Below, in pieces: positions 25,141-34,375 of a stretch of 36,952 bases of DNA. The DNA comes from Vicinamibacteria bacterium (lineage in GTDB: Bacteria; Acidobacteriota; Vicinamibacteria; Fen-336). The notes below the pieces were generated by a model. It searched no databases. It was not told the origin of the DNA and saw only the letters and a program-made list of their open reading frames with translations. Every line of letters begins with the position of its first letter. Within the stretch, counting starts at the first letter, position 1. The stretch lies in NCBI GenBank assembly GCA_044229815.1, contig JBGASI010000001.1, positions 1-36,952 on the forward strand, read 5' to 3'. The position numbers were made by a program, and so were the translations under genes.

Positions 25141-26700
25141 ATGAGGACACTGCGTCGCTGCTTTGCCCTGGCGGCCCTCGTCGCGTCGAGCGGCTGCACG
25201 ACCGGGACCGACAGCACCGGGACCGACACGACGTGGAAGGCCGGCGACTTCCCGGCCTCGACGAAGTTTGCGAACCAGTGCGCGAGCCCCCGCAGCGGGA
25301 CCGATCCGACCACCGGCAAGGCCTACCCCGACACGGCCGGCTCCGCGACCACCGAGAACGCCTTCCTGCGCTCGTGGACGAACGAACTCTACCTCTGGTA
25401 CCGCGAGGTGCCCGACATCGACCCGGCCTCGAACACGACCGCCAACTACTTCAACCTGCTCAAGACGAGCGCCACCACGCCGTCCGGCAACGCGAAGGAC
25501 CGCTTCCACTTCACCTACCCGACGACGCAGTGGGTCGCACTGTCGCAGTCCGGCATCGAGGCCGGCTACGGGGCGCAGTGGGTCGTGGTCTCGTCGACGC
25601 CGCCGCGCCGGGTGGTGGTGGCCTACACCGAGCCGGGCTCGCCCGCCACCGCGGAGGGCGTGAACCTGGCGCGCGGCGCCCAGGTGCTGACCGTGGACGG
25701 CGTCGACATGGTGAACGCCAGCGACAGCACGAGCGTCGCCACGCTCAACGCGGGCCTCTTCCCGAGCGCGGCGGGCGCCTCCCACACCTTCTCCGTGCTC
25801 GACCTCGGGGCGAGCACGCCGCGCACGATCAGCATGGTCTCGGCCAACGTGACCTCGGCGCCGGTCCAGAACGTGGGGACGGTGCGGGCGGGCGGCGGCA
25901 CGGTCGGCTACATGCTGTTCAACGACCACATCGCGACGGCGGAGCCGGCGCTGATGAGCGCCTTCGCCCAGCTCGCGACGGCGGGCGTCAGCGACCTGGT
26001 GCTCGACATCCGCTACAACGGCGGCGGCTACCTCGACATCGCCAGCGAGGTGGCCTACATGGTGGCCGGGCCCGCGGCGACCACGGGCAGGACCTTCGAG
26101 CGGACCGTGTTCAACGACAAGTACACGACGAAGAACCCCATCACGGGAGAGACGCTGACGCCGATGCCGTTCCACTCGGCCTCGCTCGGGTTCTCGGGGG
26201 CGAGTGGCCAGGCGCTGCCGACGCTGAACCTCCCGCGCGTGGCGGTGCTGACCGGCGCCAACACCTGCTCGGCCAGCGAGGCGATCATCAACAGCCTGCG
26301 CGGCGTCGGGGTGCAGGTGATCGCGATCGGGTCGAAGACCTGCGGCAAGCCGTACGGCTTCTACCCCGAGGACAACTGCGGCACGACGTACTTCTCGATC
26401 CAGTTTCAGGGCGTGAACGACCAGGGCTTCGGGGACTACCCGGACGGCTTCTCACCCGCGAACACCACCGCCAGCGCCGGCGTCGCGCTGCCCGGCTGCG
26501 CGGTGGCCGACGATCTCGGCCACGCCCTCGGCGACCGCAACGAGGCCCGCCTCGCGGCGGCGCTCGGCTACCTGGCCAACCAGGGCTGCCCGGCGGCCAG
26601 CGCCACGGCGCCCGGCCCCGAGCTGGCGCGCGCCGCCGCCGCGAACGAAGGCGAGCTGCACAAGTCCGCCTGGCGCCAGAACCGGATCCTGCGCCGTTAG
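25141..26700 (+). CDS. S41 family peptidase lipoprotein
   Basis: Lipobox LVASSGC. S41 motifs LVLDIRYNGGGYL and the catalytic-Ser region GANTCSASEAIINSLRG. Confidence 0.8.
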   Translation: MRTLRRCFALAALVASSGCTTGTDSTGTDTTWKAGDFPASTKFANQCASPRSGTDPTTGKAYPDTAGSATTENAFLRSWTNELYLWYREVPDIDPASNTTANYFNLLKTSATTPSGNAKDRFHFTYPTTQWVALSQSGIEAGYGAQWVVVSSTPPRRVVVAYTEPGSPATAEGVNLARGAQVLTVDGVDMVNASDSTSVATLNAGLFPSAAGASHTFSVLDLGASTPRTISMVSANVTSAPVQNVGTVRAGGGTVGYMLFNDHIATAEPALMSAFAQLATAGVSDLVLDIRYNGGGYLDIASEVAYMVAGPAATTGRTFERTVFNDKYTTKNPITGETLTPMPFHSASLGFSGASGQALPTLNLPRVAVLTGANTCSASEAIINSLRGVGVQVIAIGSKTCGKPYGFYPEDNCGTTYFSIQFQGVNDQGFGDYPDGFSPANTTASAGVALPGCAVADDLGHALGDRNEARLAAALGYLANQGCPAASATAPGPELARAAAANEGELHKSAWRQNRILRR

Positions 26701-27635
26701 GCGCTGCTGGCCGGGTACGGCACGGCCTCGCTGGTCGAGCGCAGTGGCGGGGGCGCGGCGTCGTCCCAGGAGCGCTTGAGCAGCGCGACGGCCATCCCGG
26801 CGTTCGGGCGCACGGTGACGCTGGCGGTCATCCCGCCCGAGTCCACCAGCTCGCGACCGTAGCCCGGGACACAGCCGACGCCGAAGACACGCGCCGCCCG
26901 GAACATCGCCGCGTGGGCCGGGTTGGAGACGGCGCTACCGGCCTTCTGCGCGCCGACGGCCAGGTCGTCGCTCTGACCGGCGATCGCGTGGATCTCCTCC
27001 TTGCGGCTGCGGAAGACGCCGTACCAGCCGTTGAAGGCGAGGATCCCGTCCGTCTCGGACCACTGGCCGGCTTCCGTCGTGTGCAGGGTGATGTCGGCGC
27101 GGACGGTGGCGCGCAGGCCCTCGAGCCTCTCGCGCGCCGCCGAGGAACGCGACGGACCGGTGATCACCAGGACGTGGGCGCCCTGCGGCATCGCCGCCGA
27201 GAGCTGGCGCCCCTGGATCTGGCCGATCTGCGCCTGCGGCTGGCTGATCGTCGCGATCGGCTGCTGCGTGCCCCAGGCGGCCAGGGGTCCCTCGAAGGTC
27301 GCGTCCCAGACGTTGAGCAGCACGAGCCCGGCGCGGCCGTGCAGGTCCTTCAGGATGAGGCCGGCCGTCGCGACACTCGCGGGCTCCGCGACGACGGCGT
27401 CCACGGCTGAGGCAGCGAGGCGCTTTCGGACGACGCCGAACTGGTCGAAGCTCGTGGCCCAGACCACGTCCACTTCGAGCCCCGCGGCTCGGGCTGCCTG
27501 CCGGGCATCCTTCTCCTGGAGGCGCTGGTAGAGGTCGACGGGTTTCCCGTCGGTGTCACCGATGAGCACCACGAAGACCGTCCTGGGCAAGGGATCACCT
27601 CGCTTCCGCCGGCACGCCAGGCCAGCTATACGCAT
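26697..27635 (-). CDS. Periplasmic-binding-protein type I (sugar-binding/LacI C-terminal-like) fold protein with neither signal peptide nor HTH
   Basis: Alternating beta-alpha pattern VFVVLIGD...AGLEVDVVWA...VDAVVAEP...GLVLLNV...AHVLVITGP...IHAIAGQSDDLAVGA. The start is uncertain: ATG 27635 sits inside a TATACG-N5-TATACG repeat, and a TTG after AGGTGA lies 45 nt downstream. Confidence 0.55.
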   Translation of the reverse strand: MRIAGLACRRKRGDPLPRTVFVVLIGDTDGKPVDLYQRLQEKDARQAARAAGLEVDVVWATSFDQFGVVRKRLAASAVDAVVAEPASVATAGLILKDLHGRAGLVLLNVWDATFEGPLAAWGTQQPIATISQPQAQIGQIQGRQLSAAMPQGAHVLVITGPSRSSAARERLEGLRATVRADITLHTTEAGQWSETDGILAFNGWYGVFRSRKEEIHAIAGQSDDLAVGAQKAGSAVSNPAHAAMFRAARVFGVGCVPGYGRELVDSGGMTASVTVRPNAGMAVALLKRSWDDAAPPPLRSTSEAVPYPASSA

Positions 27636-27724
27636 CGTATACGGGATCGAGCGGACGCGGCCTCGTCGCGCGCGTCTTCACCGACGTCGACGCCGCCAGG
27701 GCCTGGCTCGGGAAGGAGTAGGCC

Positions 27725-29554
27725 TCAGCGGCCGGCGGCGGCCTGCTCGAGCAGCCGGCTTACGGCCGGGTTCGGCTGGCGGATCTCGGCGGCCGAGTCG
27801 ATCGTGATCGTCGGGATCGCGCCGAGCGACTCGTGCACGCGCAGGCGCAGCGCCTGCTTCTCGTCGCTGCCGGAGAGGGCCGAGTAGCCGATCGTCCGGC
27901 ACAGCCGGCCGAACAGCAGCTCGCCGAGCGGGCAGCCGCCGGCGCGCTCCAGGCCCTCCGTGTTCTCCTGCCAGCTGCGGAAGAGGTGCGCCTGCGCGAA
28001 CGAGAGGCCCTGAGCCGTCACCTCGTTGCGCCCCTCGCCGCCGACGACGAGCCCGCTGCCGAGCCCCGCGACGTGGTCGACGAGGCGCAACATCCCCTCG
28101 CTGGAGGTGAGCCCCTCGACGAAGCAGTTGTGCAGGTTCTGCGAGACGAGCGTGACGTCGAGGAACACCGTCTCGAGGTCGAGCGCGGCCGCCGCGTCCT
28201 GCACGGCGCCGCCGAGGATCGAACGCCAGAGGCCGAGACCGGGGTGGATCTTGACCATCACCTTCTTGTCGCGGTTGTGCAGCCGCGCCGAGCCCGACTC
28301 GGGCACGCCGATCGAGCGCTCCGCGTGCCAGGCCCAGCCCTGGACACGCCTGGTCTCGACGTCGCGGTACTCGAAGTCGCGGACCCGCGCGTACACGGGG
28401 TGCGAGGGGTCCATGTCCACCGAGTTGAAGTGGGGCATGAGGCGGAAGCCCAGCGCCCGCGCCCTGGCGGCGAAGGTCTTCGCCGCCTCGCTCGGCTCGA
28501 ACGTCGGGTAGCCCTCGTCGTACGGGAGCGTACGCCACTCCGGGTAGTGCAGCAGCACGCGCCGCGGCGGCAGCCGCGCCGCGAGCGCGTCCAGGATCTC
28601 GGGCTGGCCGGGGCACCAGGAGACGGCGAAGCGGACCTCGCGCACCCACTCGCGACGCTCGCGTTCGCGCGCGGCGAGGCCGTTCGCGGCCCACAGCCAG
28701 TCGCGGTAGCGCGCGGCGGGGACGGTCCAGTCGCCGTCGAAGACGTTGACGCGCCAGGCGAGCCCCCCGGCCGAGCGGTTGTCGTCGATCGGTCCCCAGG
28801 CCTCGCTGTCGAGACCGAGAGCGCGCGCGGCGCCTGGCGCGCCCACGTGGAGCGCCTTGTACCTGAAGCGGTCGTCCCTCGTGTGGACCCAGAAGCCGGA
28901 GTCGCGCCCCGCGAGAATCGCGAGCCCGGCCTCCCAGTGCATCGGCCAGGGCCAGTGGCTGTCGTGCAGCAGCGGGTCCTCGAGCGGGAGACGCACGCCC
29001 TGGAAGAAGGGCGCCACGAGCTCGAGGCCGGGCGCGATCCCCGCGATCGTGTAGCGGCAGGCGCGCACGCCGGGCCGCGAGGAGAAGGCGCCGGGCTCGA
29101 GCACGAGGTCGCCGTTCTCCGGGTCCGCGCCGACCACGAGCGTGCCGTCGGCGTCCCAGCCGGAGAGGACGACCTCCGCGCGGGTGGCCGAGAGGGCGCG
29201 CGCGGTCGCCTGGCCGAACGCGGCCGGATCGACGGGCACGCGCTCGCCAGCGCGGTAGACGAGCGCGAGCGGCGAACCCTCCCCGCCCTTTCCGTCGAGC
29301 AGTTCCTCGCCCGTGCGACGGCTGCGCAGCGAGACGAGGCGGCCGGCATCGAGGGCGGCGGTCAGCGTCGCCGTCTCGACGAGGATGCGCGCACCCTCGA
29401 CGCGGACGGAGACGGGGCCACGGCCGATCGCGACCCCGCTTGCGGCCACGGCCGGCTGCGCGATCACCGGCGCCGCCTGCGCGACGGCCGCGGTTCCGGC
29501 GGCGGCCAGGAAGCCTCGACGGGATACGCCAGAGCGCCCTCGGTCCCCTGCCAT
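27725..29554 (-). CDS. Tat-exported protein of unknown family (candidate glycoside hydrolase)
   Basis: ATG with GAGGAGG 5 nt upstream. Twin-arginine signal SRRGFLAAAGTAAVAQA. 609 aa with an N-terminal beta-rich region followed by alternating beta/alpha segments. I recognise no family motif. Confidence 0.7.
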   Translation of the reverse strand: MAGDRGRSGVSRRGFLAAAGTAAVAQAAPVIAQPAVAASGVAIGRGPVSVRVEGARILVETATLTAALDAGRLVSLRSRRTGEELLDGKGGEGSPLALVYRAGERVPVDPAAFGQATARALSATRAEVVLSGWDADGTLVVGADPENGDLVLEPGAFSSRPGVRACRYTIAGIAPGLELVAPFFQGVRLPLEDPLLHDSHWPWPMHWEAGLAILAGRDSGFWVHTRDDRFRYKALHVGAPGAARALGLDSEAWGPIDDNRSAGGLAWRVNVFDGDWTVPAARYRDWLWAANGLAARERERREWVREVRFAVSWCPGQPEILDALAARLPPRRVLLHYPEWRTLPYDEGYPTFEPSEAAKTFAARARALGFRLMPHFNSVDMDPSHPVYARVRDFEYRDVETRRVQGWAWHAERSIGVPESGSARLHNRDKKVMVKIHPGLGLWRSILGGAVQDAAAALDLETVFLDVTLVSQNLHNCFVEGLTSSEGMLRLVDHVAGLGSGLVVGGEGRNEVTAQGLSFAQAHLFRSWQENTEGLERAGGCPLGELLFGRLCRTIGYSALSGSDEKQALRLRVHESLGAIPTITIDSAAEIRQPNPAVSRLLEQAAAGR

Positions 29555-29671
29555 GCTGCCTCCTCGTTACCCGCGCCGCGCAGCCTCGGGGTGGCGGCGT
29601 GGCGCTAAGGTACCGCTCCTGAGGTCTGATCGGGGTCGGCGTTCCCGCCGGCACGAGTAGACTACGTGGCC

Positions 29672-29689
29672 TGCCGTCATTCGACGGCA
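29672..29689 (+). promoter_or_regulatory. 7-bp stem / 4-nt loop hairpin in the putative 5' leader of the TIG/FG-GAP gene
   Basis: TGCCGTC-ATTC-GACGGCA, ending 6 nt before the GGGAGG SD. Confidence 0.25.
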
Positions 29690-29706
29690 TCTCAAGGGAG
29701 GCTGAA

Positions 29707-31734
29707 GTGCGGCTCGCCCTCGCCGTCCCCAGCGGGAGTGTTCTCCTTTGGCTCTCGCTCACTCTGTCTGCGGGGATCGCTGTCGCGGCACCTGCGCCCC
29801 CGACGTTCACGAGCTTCTGGCCCACCAGCGGGCCGGTGGGCACACCGATCATCCTCACCGGCACCAGCTTCACAGGCGCCACGGTCGTCACGTTTAACGG
29901 CCAGAGTGCCAGTTTCGCGGTGGAATCGGGCAGTTCGATCGCAACCACGGTTCCGGCTGGCGCGACAACCGGCCCGATCAGTGTCGCGACTCCGGGCGGG
30001 ACGACCACGAGCCAGCAGTACTTCTCGTTGGACACGAGCTGCATTCAAGCGATCGAACCACGGAGCGCGGAGTACCCCGCGAGCGGCGGGTCGGGCCGCC
30101 TGGATGTGGCCGCCGAGGCCGGCTGTTCCTGGTCGACCGGCTGGGTCGGCGAGGGCCTGACCGTGAGGTCGGGATGGGGAGGCATCGGCAACGGCACCGT
30201 TTGGTATTCGATGGCCGCCAACACCGGAGCGGAACGGAATGGAAGCGTGTGGGTCGGGGGCCGGCCCTTCACGGTGCGCCAGAGCGGCTGGTTGAACGAC
30301 ATCGGTGCGGAGTTGATCGGCGTTCGAGGCAGCAGCGCTGCTTGGGGGGACTACGACAAGGACGGCGATCTCGACATCCTGATCACGGGCTACAAAGACG
30401 GCATAGGCGGAATCACGAGGCTGTACCGCAACGACGGCGGCGGAGCGTTCACGAGCGTCACGACGACACTGACCGGCGCCTACTACGGCTCGGCGGCCTG
30501 GGGCGACTATGACGCCGACGGGGATCTCGACATCCTGATCACAGGCTACAACACGGACGCGGGTGGCGGCGTGGCGAAGGTCTACCGGAACGACGCCGGG
30601 ACCTTCACGGACATCGGCGCAGCGCTGACGGGGACCTCCAGCGGCTCCGGGGCCTGGGGCGACTGCGACGGAGACGGCGACCTTGACGTCCTGCTCACGG
30701 GCTGGGACGGTCTCGCCTCGATCGCGAGGGTGTATCGCAACGACGGGGGCGGTGTGTTCACCGACGTAGCGGCGGGCCTGACCGGCGTTCACGCGGGTCG
30801 CGCCGCGTGGGGAGACTACGACGCAGACGGCGATCTTGACATCCTGCTTGCCGGCAGGAGCAGCGCTGGTCCGGTTGCGAAGGTGTACCGGAGCGACGGC
30901 GGGAACGTGTTCACGGAGGTCGCAGCGGGACTGACCGGGGTCGAGTTCAGCGCGGTTGCCTGGGGAGACTACGACAAGGACGGCGACCTGGACGTCCTGC
31001 TGGCCGGGCGCACGGCAGGCGACTCGGACGTCTCCAAGGTGTATCGGAACGATGGCGGCGTCTTCACCGACATCCAGGCGGGGCTCGCACCCGTCGAAGA
31101 CGGTGCTGTCGTCTGGGCAGACTACGACAACGACGGCGATCTCGACATCCTGCTCAACGGCCTGGCCCCATCCACGGGTTTCGCGAGCCTGTACCGCAAC
31201 GACGGAGGCGGGGTATTCACGGACATGAAACTGCATCTGGCGGGCACCCAGGGTTCGATCGCGTGCGGGGACTACGACAGCGACGGCGATCTCGACATCC
31301 TGATCACGGGGGCGCAGGGATCGTTCGACGTCTCGAAGGTGTATCGGGCGGGTACGAGCCCCGGCGCCTTCTTCACGCTCAATCCGTGCCGGCTGGTCGA
31401 CACGCGTAGCGCCCCGAGCCGCCTTGGCGGCCCCGCGCTCGCCGCTGGCGCCGAGCGCGGCTTCGCCGGGGTCGGGCAGTGCGGCATCCCGGCGACTGCC
31501 CGGGCAGTCTCGGTGAACCTGACCGTGACGCAGGCGACGACGGCTGGGCATCTGAGGGCCTACCCAGCGTCCGGCACGCGGCCAGTCGCTTCGTCGATCA
31601 ACTACGGCGCGATGCAGACTCGCGCCAACAACGCCGTGGTGGCGCTCGGCGCGACGGGCGAGCTGGCCTTCTTCTGCGCGCAGCCCGTGGGTTCCGCCGA
31701 CCTCGTGCTCGACGTGTACGGCTACTTCGAATAG
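29707..31734 (+). CDS. Secreted TIG/IPT + BACON-like + seven FG-GAP/VCBS repeats (beta-propeller) + uncharacterised C-terminal domain
   Basis: GTG start with GGGAGG 5 nt upstream and a signal peptide. TIG: GPVGTPIILTGTSFTGATVVTFNG. BACON-like: GGSGRLDVAAEAGCSWST...NGSVWVGGRPFTVRQ. Seven copies of WGDYDxDGDLDILxxG...VYRNDGGxFTD. Confidence 0.85.
   Translation: MRLALAVPSGSVLLWLSLTLSAGIAVAAPAPPTFTSFWPTSGPVGTPIILTGTSFTGATVVTFNGQSASFAVESGSSIATTVPAGATTGPISVATPGGTTTSQQYFSLDTSCIQAIEPRSAEYPASGGSGRLDVAAEAGCSWSTGWVGEGLTVRSGWGGIGNGTVWYSMAANTGAERNGSVWVGGRPFTVRQSGWLNDIGAELIGVRGSSAAWGDYDKDGDLDILITGYKDGIGGITRLYRNDGGGAFTSVTTTLTGAYYGSAAWGDYDADGDLDILITGYNTDAGGGVAKVYRNDAGTFTDIGAALTGTSSGSGAWGDCDGDGDLDVLLTGWDGLASIARVYRNDGGGVFTDVAAGLTGVHAGRAAWGDYDADGDLDILLAGRSSAGPVAKVYRSDGGNVFTEVAAGLTGVEFSAVAWGDYDKDGDLDVLLAGRTAGDSDVSKVYRNDGGVFTDIQAGLAPVEDGAVVWADYDNDGDLDILLNGLAPSTGFASLYRNDGGGVFTDMKLHLAGTQGSIACGDYDSDGDLDILITGAQGSFDVSKVYRAGTSPGAFFTLNPCRLVDTRSAPSRLGGPALAAGAERGFAGVGQCGIPATARAVSVNLTVTQATTAGHLRAYPASGTRPVASSINYGAMQTRANNAVVALGATGELAFFCAQPVGSADLVLDVYGYFE
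30331..31360 (+). repeat. Seven tandem coding repeats (150-156 nt period) encoding FG-GAP blades
   Basis: The GAC of the conserved GDYD motif recurs at 30349, 30505, 30661, 30814, 30967, 31120 and 31270. Confidence 0.85.
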
Positions 31735-31791
31735 CCAAAGCGCGCGCGTCAGGTCTCACGAACGTCCCGATCCGGTCCTGGCCGCCGCCGG

Positions 31792-31820
31792 TTGAGCCGG
31801 CTGCCCGGGCGAGGTGTAAT
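31792..31820 (+). promoter_or_regulatory. Sigma-70-like promoter TTGAGC-N17-TGTAAT, 8 nt upstream of the GH20 ATG
   Basis: Hexamers at 31792-31797 and 31815-31820 with a 17-nt spacer. The ATG at 31829 has no SD at normal spacing. Confidence 0.4.
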
Positions 31821-31828
31821 CTCGCCTC

Positions 31829-34375
31829 ATGCGCTACGCCCTCGCCATGCTCCTGCTCGCCCTCGCCGTCGTCCCCGCGGCGGCCCAGCCCTCGCTGCAG
31901 CTCACCTGGCGCCACAAGGAGGACGTCTTCAAGGAAGGCCAGCGCGGCGGCACCGCGCGAGTCGCCTTCACGCTGACGAACCGCGACGCGAAGCCGCTGC
32001 CGGCGCGCGGCTGGGCGATCTACTTCAACGCCCTGCACGAGCCGATCGAGGGGAGCGTGGGGGGCGGCTTCGCGATCGAGAGCGTGACCGGCGACTTCCA
32101 GCGGCTCGTGCCCGGCCCCGCGTTCGGCGGCCTCGCGCCCGGCCAGAGCGTCGAGATCGAGTACCAGACCTGGCTGCTGACCAACACCAGCTTCGCTCCC
32201 GTGGGTCCTTACATCGTCTTCGACGACGCGCCCGAGCGGGGCCTGCCGCTCGCCTACACCGCCGTGCCCCTGGAGCGCCCGTCACAACAGGGCCGCGACC
32301 CCCGCGCGATCACGCCCCAGGCGCAGTTCGCGCTCGACGCCGTGGTGCGCGACATCCCCGTCGATTCGCTGCCGATGGTGTTCCCGACGCCCCTCTCGCT
32401 CGAGAAGCGCGAGGGCCGGCTGACGCTGAGCGCGATGCCCGTGGTCACGGTGGGCACGGACCTGATGCAGGAGGTGCGGCTCGCGGCCGACTACCTGGCG
32501 CTGCACGTGCCGGGGCCGAAGGCCAAGGGGAAGCCGACCGGCGCCCCGGCCGCGACCACGCTGCGCCTCGAGACCGGCAAGGTGGAGGGCCAGGACTCGC
32601 CCGAGGCATACGAGCTGGTCGTCGACCCGGCCACCGGCATCCGGATCGTCGGCAACTCGCCGGCCGGCGTCTTCTACGGCCTGCAGTCGCTGCGCTCGCT
32701 GCTGCCCGCCGTGGCCAGCGGCCGGGGCGTGACGCTACCGGCCCTGCGCGTCGTCGACGCGCCGCGCTTCGGCTACCGTGGCTTCTTCCTCGACGTCTCG
32801 CGCAACTTCCAGCCCAAGGCGCAGGTGCTGCGGGTGCTCGACCTCATGGCTCGCTACAAGCTCAACACCTTCCACGTCCACCTGACCGAGGACGAGGGCT
32901 GGCGCGTCGAGATCGCGGAGCTGCCGGAGCTCACGGCCGTCGGCGCGCGGCGCGGGCACACCCTGGACTCGAGCCGCCACCTGCCCCCGGCCTGGGGCTC
33001 CGGCCCCGACGTGGACAAGCCCTGGGGCAGCGGTTTCTACAGCGCCGCGGACTACATCGAGATCCTGCGCTACGCGGCGGCCCGCCACATCGAGGTCGTC
33101 CCGGAGCTCGAGATGCCAGGTCACGCGCGCGCCGCGATCAAGGCGATGGAGGCCCGCGCCCGGGCGCTGCGCGCGAAGGGCGACGAGAAGGGTGCGGCGC
33201 AGTACCTGCTCAGCGACCCGGCCGACCGCTCCGTCTACTCCTCGGCGCAGCAGTACCACGACAACGTGATGAACCCGGCGCTGCCCTCGACCTACGCCTT
33301 CATCGAGCGGGTGGTGGCGGGTCTCGCGGCCCTGCACCGCGAGGCGGGCGTGCCGCTGCGCAACCTGCACATGGGCGGGGACGAGGTGCCCGACGGCGTC
33401 TGGCAGGGCTCGCCCGCCGTCGCCTCCTACCTGAAGGAGCAGCGGCTCGGGTCGGTCGACGACCTGTGGTACGTCTTCTACGGCCGGGTCGAGGAGATCC
33501 TCAAGGCGCAGGGCATTCCGCTGTCGGGCTGGGAGGAGATCGGGCTGCGCAAGACGCGGCTCGACGGCCGGCCGAAGATGATCCCGAACCCGGACTTCGC
33601 GGGGCGGGGCTGGCGCGCCTACGTCTGGAACAACATACCGGGCTCGGGCGCGGAGGACCTCGCGTACCGCCTCGCGAACGGGGGCTACAAGGTGGTGCTC
33701 TGCCCCGCCACGAACCTCTACTTCGACTTCGCGTGGAACCAGAACCCGGAGGAGACCGGGCTCGACTGGGGCGGCTACGTGAACCTGCGCAAGCCCTTCG
33801 AGTTCATCCCGTTCGACTACTACCGCAACGTCCGCTTCGACCGCCACGGCAACCCGGTGGACCGCGCCGTGTTCACCGGCAAGGACCGGCTCACGGAGTT
33901 CGGCCGCGCGAACGTGCTCGGCATCCAGGGCAACCTGTGGTCCGAGACGCTCGGCGGCGAGGGCCGGCTCGGCTACAAGCTGGTGCCGAGGCTGTTGGCC
34001 CTGGCCGAGCGGGCCTGGGCGCCCGACCCGGACTGGGCGCTGGAGAAGGACGACGCGAAGTCCGGCGCGCTCTTCGATGACGCGTGGTCGGTCTTCCTCA
34101 ACGTCGTCGGCAAGCGCGAGCTGCCACGCCTCGACCGTGAGTCGCCGGCGTGGGGCTACCGCATCCCGAAGCCCGGGCTCGCGCTCGTCGACGGGCAGGT
34201 CCGCTGCAGCCTGGAGATCCCAGGGTTCATCCTGCGTTACACGACCGACGGCAGCGAGCCGAGCGCGAAGAGCCCGCAGGTGAACGGGGCCCTTCCGCCC
34301 GCCGGCGAGCTGCGCGTGGCCGCCTTCGACACGAACGGCCGCAAGGGCCAGACGGCCCGGCTCAGTGCGCACTGA
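31829..34375 (+). CDS. GH20 beta-N-acetylhexosaminidase, secreted
   Basis: Signal peptide [22 protein letters not shown]20 motifs [26 protein letters not shown] and the catalytic pair in HMGGDEV. Confidence 0.9.
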   Translation: MRYALAMLLLALAVVPAAAQPSLQLTWRHKEDVFKEGQRGGTARVAFTLTNRDAKPLPARGWAIYFNALHEPIEGSVGGGFAIESVTGDFQRLVPGPAFGGLAPGQSVEIEYQTWLLTNTSFAPVGPYIVFDDAPERGLPLAYTAVPLERPSQQGRDPRAITPQAQFALDAVVRDIPVDSLPMVFPTPLSLEKREGRLTLSAMPVVTVGTDLMQEVRLAADYLALHVPGPKAKGKPTGAPAATTLRLETGKVEGQDSPEAYELVVDPATGIRIVGNSPAGVFYGLQSLRSLLPAVASGRGVTLPALRVVDAPRFGYRGFFLDVSRNFQPKAQVLRVLDLMARYKLNTFHVHLTEDEGWRVEIAELPELTAVGARRGHTLDSSRHLPPAWGSGPDVDKPWGSGFYSAADYIEILRYAAARHIEVVPELEMPGHARAAIKAMEARARALRAKGDEKGAAQYLLSDPADRSVYSSAQQYHDNVMNPALPSTYAFIERVVAGLAALHREAGVPLRNLHMGGDEVPDGVWQGSPAVASYLKEQRLGSVDDLWYVFYGRVEEILKAQGIPLSGWEEIGLRKTRLDGRPKMIPNPDFAGRGWRAYVWNNIPGSGAEDLAYRLANGGYKVVLCPATNLYFDFAWNQNPEETGLDWGGYVNLRKPFEFIPFDYYRNVRFDRHGNPVDRAVFTGKDRLTEFGRANVLGIQGNLWSETLGGEGRLGYKLVPRLLALAERAWAPDPDWALEKDDAKSGALFDDAWSVFLNVVGKRELPRLDRESPAWGYRIPKPGLALVDGQVRCSLEIPGFILRYTTDGSEPSAKSPQVNGALPPAGELRVAAFDTNGRKGQTARLSAH

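Noticed and set aside
30331-31360. Regular ~153-nt periodic repeat, considered as a possible CRISPR-like or satellite array.
   Set aside because: The repeats are in frame, diverge mainly at synonymous or variable positions, and encode FG-GAP blades. There is no short identical repeat / unique spacer structure.
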